A stretch of 64,000 bases of DNA from positions 1-64,000 of IMG/VR virus record IMGVR_UViG_3300042731_008413; one strand, 5' to 3'. Origin of the DNA: a virus. The position numbers and the translations under genes were made by a program. The notes under the pieces are model-generated. The model searched no databases. It worked only from the letters and a program-made list of their open reading frames with translations, and had not been told where the DNA came from. Positions 57,613 to 64,000 of the stretch are shown here, piece by piece (position 1 is the stretch's first letter; each line of letters starts with the position of its first letter).

Positions 57613-58235
57613 AACATCTCCAACTGTTCAGCTTTGGCCTTGGGTTTCGGCTTGTTTTCTTCTTTGATCTCAAAATCTCTAGCTCTAACGGCCTCGTAAA
57701 TCAACTTGTTCTTATTTTCAAAGATACCCCAGGTAAACCAGGCCACTGGAAACTGCGCTCCGCCCCCGTCCCATCCCTTGTTGGGCATCTTGAAGTTTAT
57801 TCGTTTGTTTAACAGGATGACTTCGATGCTATATTCTCGGAACATTTTTTGGGCTGTAGCTGCCCCCAATGTTTCGACTGGCAACAGGAGGGCAAATGGT
57901 TTGCCTAATTCATAGGACCGTTTCAGCCACTTGTACTTAATACTGTATGGGGGATTAGTTACCTGGCAATCCCAGGATTTAGGTTCGTAACTAAAGAAGT
58001 TCTGACCATTCAGGATTTCAGATTCGATGATATTTGTGAGGCCGTGGTATTTTAGTCCATCTATCAAGTAGCCATCTCCTCTGGCCGGCTCCCAAATTTT
58101 CCAGGATGATCTCAAGTAAGGAGCCAGTGGGTCAATGGCATACGGAGGACTCTGGCAAGCATCATACCCTTTGGGGGTGTAGACATCACCTTTTTTATTA
58201 GATTTTTGATCTCGTTTGTAGTTGTATCCTATCAC
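57609..58235 (-). CDS. probable amino (N6A/N4C) DNA methyltransferase
   Basis: IWEPARGDG, NFF, VTNPPYS, FALLLP, RINF. Confidence 0.7.
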   Translation of the reverse strand: MIGYNYKRDQKSNKKGDVYTPKGYDACQSPPYAIDPLAPYLRSSWKIWEPARGDGYLIDGLKYHGLTNIIESEILNGQNFFSYEPKSWDCQVTNPPYSIKYKWLKRSYELGKPFALLLPVETLGAATAQKMFREYSIEVILLNKRINFKMPNKGWDGGGAQFPVAWFTWGIFENKNKLIYEAVRARDFEIKEENKPKPKAKAEQLEMF

Positions 58236-58278
58236 AGAATCCTCCGATCCAAATTTTGAAAATTTTTCCGTGGGGGCT

Positions 58279-58563
58279 TTACTTGTCCCTGTATTCCTTC
58301 AAAGCCTCTTCAAATTGCTCTTTTGACCAGTCCCCTGATTGCCACCATTCAGCCGCTTTCCAAACTGGCGGCAATCTATCCAGATAGGCATTGAGTCTCT
58401 CTTCTGTTTTTTCTATGAGCGACAACATTGCCAGGGTTTCTACCTGAGCATCAATTGCTCTCACAGAGCGCAAAAACTCCGCCATATCCCGAATGTCTTG
58501 CTGATGAACTAACAACTCATCTGGTTCTCTATGACACAAATAATTAAATGCCCCGCCTGACAT
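58279..58563 (-). CDS. hypothetical protein
   Basis: MSGG.FNY...AEW..SGD phage motif; AGGAGG RBS. Confidence 0.6.
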   Translation of the reverse strand: MSGGAFNYLCHREPDELLVHQQDIRDMAEFLRSVRAIDAQVETLAMLSLIEKTEERLNAYLDRLPPVWKAAEWWQSGDWSKEQFEEALKEYRDK

Positions 58564-58572
58564 ATCTACCTC

Positions 58573-58926
58573 CTACACCATCACCTTCGGTGGCAACGGC
58601 AATTTAATCCCAATCGGCTTCCACAGATGCAACACGTTGGGGTGCCGGTTGACGTAATTCGACCTGGCCGGGTGGTACTGAATGACTACTTCTTCGTCAT
58701 CCCAGAAATCGCCTTTGACTTCACACATCTCTTCCCAGGTCGGGGTGCCGGCCCCCTTAAAAGGGCTTACCGAAACGTGTTCCCAACCCAACTTGTCTGA
58801 AACGATGACGTTCATAATTCGCCCCGAAGTGCAATGCACCCGAAAAGCTCCGTTCATCCCATCGGCTTCGATTGAGGCCATTTTGCCTTTTGTCACCCGA
58901 ACTGCACTCAACGGCTTGTCTCTCAT
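58573..58926 (-). CDS. conserved phage protein (WEHVSVS...PTWEEM...HPNVLHLW)
   Basis: Recognisable phage motif set. Confidence 0.65.
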   Translation of the reverse strand: MRDKPLSAVRVTKGKMASIEADGMNGAFRVHCTSGRIMNVIVSDKLGWEHVSVSPFKGAGTPTWEEMCEVKGDFWDDEEVVIQYHPARSNYVNRHPNVLHLWKPIGIKLPLPPKVMV

Positions 58927-59483
58927 AAGTTCATCCTCAACTGCACCGAATTCCTTTTGGCCATCGGCTGTATCGTCTTCATTTGCCTTGTCCGGGGGTT
59001 GATTCGCAAGTAAGGCCGCCCCCGAGAGATGGCATACTTGATACAATTGTCGGTGCCGCCCCCGGAGCCGTCGTGAACGGCAACCAAGAGGTCGCTGTAG
59101 TCTACCAGGTATTTATTCCGGGCGTCCAGCTTCCAGACCTCATGAAACCCCTGATTGACGTAATGGACCAGATCGGCCTGTTCCAGCAACCATTCCAGGT
59201 GCTTCCAGGCTTGCCAGGGCCAGTTATCTCCAAAGGAAGGGTAGGGCATCACCATCGTCAACCTGATATTCATTCCCTCCCGACGCAACAGCCACGCCTC
59301 AAACGCGGCAATCTGGTCCGTTCCCTGAGCGCAGCCCGACATTACCTCCAGCCCCTCTTTTTCGAGGCATAGGCCGCGCAATTGGTCTGAAATGACGTTT
59401 TGGAGCCAGGTTTTGGTGGGGGTGTGGCCATAACCACCCAGTTTTGGGGGGCGGTGACCGGTAAAAGCTACTTTGTAGGTCAT
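58923..59483 (-). CDS. YspA/SLOG family protein
   Basis: AFTGHRP, SGCAQGTD, RNKYLVD.SD, GGT.NCI.YA. Confidence 0.85.
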   Translation of the reverse strand: MTYKVAFTGHRPPKLGGYGHTPTKTWLQNVISDQLRGLCLEKEGLEVMSGCAQGTDQIAAFEAWLLRREGMNIRLTMVMPYPSFGDNWPWQAWKHLEWLLEQADLVHYVNQGFHEVWKLDARNKYLVDYSDLLVAVHDGSGGGTDNCIKYAISRGRPYLRINPRTRQMKTIQPMAKRNSVQLRMNL

Positions 59484-59561
59484 AAAGTTCTCCTTCGATA
59501 AAATCAGGACGTATCCTTGTGGGGCTATTACACTGTAATAGAATAATAGCCCCAGGCTATC

Positions 59562-60662
59562 TCAAAACGGAATCTCGTCTTCATCATATCCGGGATGGTC
59601 ATCAACCCCATCATCCGGCATTTCAGGTTCCGTGGGGTCCGGATTCTCCGCCAACCACCTGGCCGCCTCCTGCCTGGCCATCGGGTCAACGTCGGTCTTG
59701 AACCATTCCTTGGGTCCCCCAACCTTGTCCAGAGGCTTGCCCAATAGCCACCCCGCAAAAGCCAGCCCCTCGTATTGCTTGAGGGCGTTGGCTGAAATGG
59801 TGACTTCACCCGATTCTTCATCGGTCTGCCGGGCCACAAAGACCCAATCCAGGAGGCGATGATACCGCTCGCGGGCCAATTCGTGTGTTTCACCGGCCTC
59901 TTCTGCTTTATCAGTATCGGGCACAAAGAACAACAGTGGTCCCTGGGACCCGATCAGACTGGCCACCTTTTCGTGAATGGGGGCGTCGGTTTTGTCGTTC
60001 TTCTTGAAGCCCGCCGATTTTTGGAGAGCGTCTTGCAAGGTCGCCGGGTCCCATGGTCGCTTATTGCCTACCTTGGCTTTGGTGGCTTGTTGAGGCTGCC
60101 CCTTGGCTACTCGCACTCCAATTTTGCTGATTTGCTGCCTTTTATGCTGCTTCTGGTAAACAAACAGTTCAACCTGTTTGCCAACCCAATCGGCATATTT
60201 TGGACCAAACAAAGCAATCAACTGTTGTTCATCCTCTTTGCCCCGCAGGAGGACTCTTTGTTCCGGCAAGGTATTGAATAACGGATTCGGCGCTTTGAAG
60301 ACAAGAGCTAACGTCTTTGTTTTTTCTTGTTGGAATGGATTCCAGCGCATTTGCCCCAGGACATCCTTGATTTCCACTTGCCATGCCTGGCCCTGTAAAT
60401 CTTCTGCATCCAGGTAATCCCGGCCCCAAAATTCATCGGCGCTTTTGCCAACTAAACTTTCGCTCATTTCAATCTCCCATATATCCTTAATAGATTTTTT
60501 ACCAACAATTTGCTCATCCACCTGCCCGATGACGTAAGCCCACATCTCTTCCGGGCTTTTGCCTTTCATTTCGGGCTGTTCCAGGCTGATCTGGACCGAG
60601 GCATATTCCTCGTTGCCCGGAAATTTCATTCCGTAGAAATAAACCGCCTTGTCTGTTGTCAT
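59562..60662 (-). CDS. probable ssDNA-binding/recombination protein
   Basis: YL.AEDL.G...W.GK.V.L domain; acidic DEDEIPF tail. Confidence 0.5.
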   Translation of the reverse strand: MTTDKAVYFYGMKFPGNEEYASVQISLEQPEMKGKSPEEMWAYVIGQVDEQIVGKKSIKDIWEIEMSESLVGKSADEFWGRDYLDAEDLQGQAWQVEIKDVLGQMRWNPFQQEKTKTLALVFKAPNPLFNTLPEQRVLLRGKEDEQQLIALFGPKYADWVGKQVELFVYQKQHKRQQISKIGVRVAKGQPQQATKAKVGNKRPWDPATLQDALQKSAGFKKNDKTDAPIHEKVASLIGSQGPLLFFVPDTDKAEEAGETHELARERYHRLLDWVFVARQTDEESGEVTISANALKQYEGLAFAGWLLGKPLDKVGGPKEWFKTDVDPMARQEAARWLAENPDPTEPEMPDDGVDDHPGYDEDEIPF

Positions 60663-60886
60663 TCACTCCTCTCCAAAAACCTGGTAATGGTGTCTTGGGG
60701 GAAGGCCAGGCGGTACTCTTCCGGTCCAAATTCTTGCAAAAAGGCCAACCTAAACCCGGCGCTGACCCGACGCTTCCCATTTCGATACAGACTGATAGTG
60801 CTTTGGTCGAAGTTCAGCTTTCCAGCCAACTCGTAGCCTGACATCTCTTTGGCTTTCATCCATCGACTCAGTTCGTTTTCGCTCAT
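60659..60886 (-). CDS. Cro/Xre-family HTH regulator
   Basis: MS.YELA.KL..DQSTIS.Y.NGKR. Confidence 0.8.
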   Translation of the reverse strand: MSENELSRWMKAKEMSGYELAGKLNFDQSTISLYRNGKRRVSAGFRLAFLQEFGPEEYRLAFPQDTITRFLERSE

Positions 60887-60983
60887 TGCATCACCACCCA
60901 GACCATCGTGGCGGCCAGGACTATCAGATAAACCACGGCCACCACGATAATAATCTTGTCGATGTTATCAGTATACCACTTTT

Positions 60984-61700
60984 TCATAAGGCTTTGACCT
61001 CCACCACCAGCCCACCCCACTCCACCTGAATCGTCTCCCCACCGTTCAACCGCGGCCAGGTGTCCCCGTTCAGGACCAAAGGTGGCTGGTACTCTTCTTC
61101 CAGGCCGATTGGTAACGCTGGCAAGTCATCTAAAGAAAACGACTGGCTGTCGAACTGGTTTCGTAGCTCTCGGGCCAGCTTGATGGTTGGCTTTTCGTCC
61201 GTAGCCAAAACCATCTGCATCTCTTCCGGGAGGGGTGGTTGGTCTCGGGTGCCGGCGGCTATCAGCCCGGCGTTTTTGGGGCAATCGCCGGTCAAAAGTC
61301 GCTCTTGAAGTTCCGGTATCAGGCTATTTAATTTGTGTAGCTGGCTGATCTCTGGCTGGCTGACCCCAACCATTTTGGCGATCTCTATCTGGGGTAGTCC
61401 TTCGATCTCGATCAGATACCGAATGTCCAGGGCCTTTTTCATCGGGTTATCTCTGACACCCATATTAGCGGCCAGGCTTTGCAGGTGAAAATCGAGGTCG
61501 TCCATCTCTTCCACCTGGCACCAAATTTCGTCCTCACCTTTTGTCCTGGCCACATCGATTCTGCCGTGGCCATCCACGACCTCAAACGTTCCATCCGGGA
61601 GCGGCCTGACCTTGGCCGGGTGAATCTGGTCCAGGTCCATCTTCTTGGGGGGAGACGGAACGTATTTTATCTGGCCGATGGGTATGGGTTGAAATTTCAT
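60984..61700 (-). CDS. ParB/Srx-domain HTH protein
   Basis: VVDGHGR, AN..R, Q.EIAK.VGVSQ..IS. Confidence 0.8.
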   Translation of the reverse strand: MKFQPIPIGQIKYVPSPPKKMDLDQIHPAKVRPLPDGTFEVVDGHGRIDVARTKGEDEIWCQVEEMDDLDFHLQSLAANMGVRDNPMKKALDIRYLIEIEGLPQIEIAKMVGVSQPEISQLHKLNSLIPELQERLLTGDCPKNAGLIAAGTRDQPPLPEEMQMVLATDEKPTIKLARELRNQFDSQSFSLDDLPALPIGLEEEYQPPLVLNGDTWPRLNGGETIQVEWGGLVVEVKAL

Positions 61701-62020
61701 TATTCCCCCCTCAATCGGAGTGCCATTTCCATATCGGCAATGGCTCTGGCTAGATTCGAGATAGCCGCTTCAAAATAGCCATCCCGGTCTTTGTGTGGGT
61801 ATGGCAACGGCTTGAAATAAAGCGGCTGGTATTTGGTCCGATCTAACAAAATGCACTGAATCGGCCTATCGCCATCCGGGTCCGGCTCCCACTTCAGCCG
61901 AGCTATATTGATGATGATGTCTGATAGCTCCCGGATATCCCCCGGCTTTACAGGTGCCCATCCCCCATCTGACACTCGCTTTTCCATCAAAAACACTTTG
62001 ATTTGTTCATTGATGCTCAT
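61700..62020 (-). CDS. hypothetical protein
   Basis: AGGAGGATAAAATG start. Confidence 0.6.
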   Translation of the reverse strand: MSINEQIKVFLMEKRVSDGGWAPVKPGDIRELSDIIINIARLKWEPDPDGDRPIQCILLDRTKYQPLYFKPLPYPHKDRDGYFEAAISNLARAIADMEMALRLRGE

Positions 62021-62328
62021 TTTATCCTCCTGTCTCATTACCCCTCGATTTTACTCGGGGTGTACCCCTGACCACCACCTGCCGGGGTTGCGTCGGCCTT
62101 GTGCCGATCTCTCCTGTTGTGAATACTGTTGCGTTTAGCAAAATTAGCAGCGTTGGCTTTTCCCCGCTATTTCACCCCCACCTGCGGCAATGTTGGCACC
62201 CTTCGATAAACTCAGGATGTAACCATCCAGCAAGGCTCTTTTGGGGGGATTCGAGGCCGGTCGTTTCCGGCAATCCGCTTTCTCATCGGATGAGGGACCC
62301 GTACTTTTAGTCGCCTGGGTGGGCGATC

Positions 62329-63186
62329 TTACCACTCCGTCACCACCGGTTCATAGCCTGCCTGGGCCACTTTGCCGGCAATATTGTGAACATCGGCCTT
62401 GGGTATCTCGAAGTGCAACGGCAACGACAAGAAAGCGGCTGATGCCCATTGGATGCCATAGCCTTCTACGACGGGTTCGATATCATATCCTGGCACATTT
62501 CCGGTCCAGAGGGATGATCCTGATTTTACTTGAAAGCGCACCCAATCATACTGAATTGGTTCGAGTAACTCCACGTCTTCATTCAAAGTGTGATTTAGCA
62601 TCGATAGGTCCCGAAGAGCCAGGGTGCAGGGTTCCGGGTACAAATCGTAGTTACCGATCAACTCCATTGTTTTGGGGTGATGGCCTGATATGCCCTCTTC
62701 TCCCAAATTGGTATGCCACCAATCCTGGTTTTCAGCAAAGTGATTAAATAGTTTGCATCCTACCAACGGTCTATTTTGCCTTGCCAGCCCAAACCCAAAC
62801 AACGGCAAAGCCCTGGGATGAACCAGGACTTGCCTACTAACACCAGACGTTAATTTGTAAAAGTTGGGATCGCTTAAGATTACGCGGGACAATTTTCTGG
62901 ATGTTCCCCAATTTCGGCCTTCTTCCACAAAACTCCAGGCCGAGGGGTAACCCGGTCCACCTTTGCCCCCATCGATGCCAATATAGATAACCAGGTGGTA
63001 GACACCGTTACTGTCAACCATAATCTGATACCCCCGCTGCCGGGGCTTGGGTCTTACGGGGTCCAACAAAAAGTGTTCGATGGACATCCCGGAGGCCCCG
63101 ACGCCACAACAGGCGTACAAGCCCCCTTTGTCCCTCTTGTCTCCGCACCCCCGCCCGTTGGGGGGATTGATTGTTAGTTCCATCAT
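62329..63186 (-). CDS. hypothetical protein (RGCG motif)
   Basis: Probable start MMELTINPP, coupled to the pentapeptide gene stop. Confidence 0.6.
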   Translation of the reverse strand: MMELTINPPNGRGCGDKRDKGGLYACCGVGASGMSIEHFLLDPVRPKPRQRGYQIMVDSNGVYHLVIYIGIDGGKGGPGYPSAWSFVEEGRNWGTSRKLSRVILSDPNFYKLTSGVSRQVLVHPRALPLFGFGLARQNRPLVGCKLFNHFAENQDWWHTNLGEEGISGHHPKTMELIGNYDLYPEPCTLALRDLSMLNHTLNEDVELLEPIQYDWVRFQVKSGSSLWTGNVPGYDIEPVVEGYGIQWASAAFLSLPLHFEIPKADVHNIAGKVAQAGYEPVVTEW

Positions 63187-63674
63187 AATCCCCTTGTTAA
63201 TTCGTTTTTTACTACATCTCTGAGGTCCGCCCATCTGAGGTTTGCCCCGCTGAGGTTCGCCTCTCTGAGGTCTGCCTCGCTGAGGTTCGCCCCCCTGAGG
63301 TCCGCCCATCTGAGGTTCGCCTCTCTGAGGTCTGCCCCGCTGAGGTTCGCCTCTCTGAGGTCTGCCTCGCTGAGGTTCGCCCCGCTGAGGTCCGCCCATC
63401 TGAGGTCCGCCCCGCTGAGGTCCGCCCCGCTGAGGTCCGCCCCGCTGAGGTTCGCCTGGATTTTGGACGGAATTAACCCATAATAAATAGCCCACCCGAT
63501 CATTTTCTTGAGATCGGTTTTTACCACATTCTGCCAGAAAGACTCTGACTCTTCTTTTGTTCCCCATAGGGGGCTAATGTCCAGTCCTTTGGGGTACATC
63601 ACCAAGAATCTACTGGTTAGAGGGCAAGTCATATCAATACCCTTGTTTTTCAATACTTCTTCTGTTATCTTCAT
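63183..63674 (-). CDS. pentapeptide repeat protein
   Basis: A(D/N)L(S/R)x repeats; 15-bp tandem DNA repeats at about 63220-63455; AGGAGA RBS. Confidence 0.9.
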   Translation of the reverse strand: MKITEEVLKNKGIDMTCPLTSRFLVMYPKGLDISPLWGTKEESESFWQNVVKTDLKKMIGWAIYYGLIPSKIQANLSGADLSGADLSGADLRWADLSGANLSEADLREANLSGADLREANLRWADLRGANLSEADLREANLSGANLRWADLRDVVKNELTRGL

Positions 63675-63675
63675 T

Positions 63676-63870
63676 TCATCTCTCCTTTTGGTGCTGGTGC
63701 GACTTGACAAAGGCGGTCACTTTTTGATTCCACTCTTGCCCGGTTTCATTGTTGTAGAAAATGGTCTTGTTGCAAAGATGGCATTCTACGTTGTAGACAG
63801 AATTTGCGGGACCTATTGTCAAAACCGTGATGTGGGTGGGCCACCCCTCGACTGTGCGCTGATTCGTCAT
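63676..63870 (-). CDS. small Zn-binding hypothetical protein
   Basis: CHLC...H.H; AGGAGA RBS. Confidence 0.5.
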   Translation of the reverse strand: MTNQRTVEGWPTHITVLTIGPANSVYNVECHLCNKTIFYNNETGQEWNQKVTAFVKSHQHQKER

Positions 63871-64000
63871 TTCATCTCTCCTTTGTTGTTTTTACGCCCC
63901 CAGGTCGCCAGCCTTGAGTTGATTTGCATATTGACTTTAGAATATTCATCCCCAACACCCAAGTTGGTTGATAGAAATTTTTGCTATCTATTGGCGAAAC

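Noticed and set aside
63220-63455. 15-bp tandem repeats as CRISPR or origin
   Set aside because: No spacers; fully explained by pentapeptide coding
63187-63567. PQRG-repeat N-terminus of ORF 62329-63567
   Set aside because: Alternate-frame shadow of the pentapeptide-repeat gene
1-64000. tRNA, rRNA and cas1/cas2/cas6 genes
   Set aside because: None recognised by eye; tRNAscan and cas HMMs were not run

Overview
The window looks like most of a tailed (siphovirus-like) dsDNA phage or prophage genome; a Chloroflexota-like host is a weak guess. The + strand (1-48.9 kb) starts with nucleotide/DNA-modification genes (PolB-type exonuclease, TGT/DpdA-like + DUF6884 fusion, yhhQ, frameshifted dUTPase). 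It continues with terminase and portal, a 14-kb glycosyltransferase/methyltransferase/sulfotransferase cluster, a lambda-like head module and a long-tail module. The - strand (48.9-64 kb) carries replication and early genes (Prim-Pol, DnaB-like helicase, iteron-containing initiator, HNH, MTase, ParB, HTH). Four things stand out. (1) An integron-like locus at 10.9-13.5 kb: four gene cassettes with canonical attC sites, divergent promoters and a degenerate tyrosine recombinase, inserted at the portal stop codon, with a Mom-like anti-restriction gene as first cassette. (2) A transposase-less RHH-TnpB module followed by a 3-repeat mini-array with type I-E-like repeats. Both spacers begin with the same 7 nt, which with the predicted Cas6 handle can pair with an upstream anti-repeat; this is a candidate split-guide TnpB-to-Cas12 intermediate. 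(3) An intein whose LAGLIDADG endonuclease lies in a different, fully overlapping reading frame with its own promoter and RBS. (4) A candidate anti-Shine-Dalgarno sRNA and a dispersed 15-bp palindromic operator. All calls were made by eye from motifs; no database searches were run.
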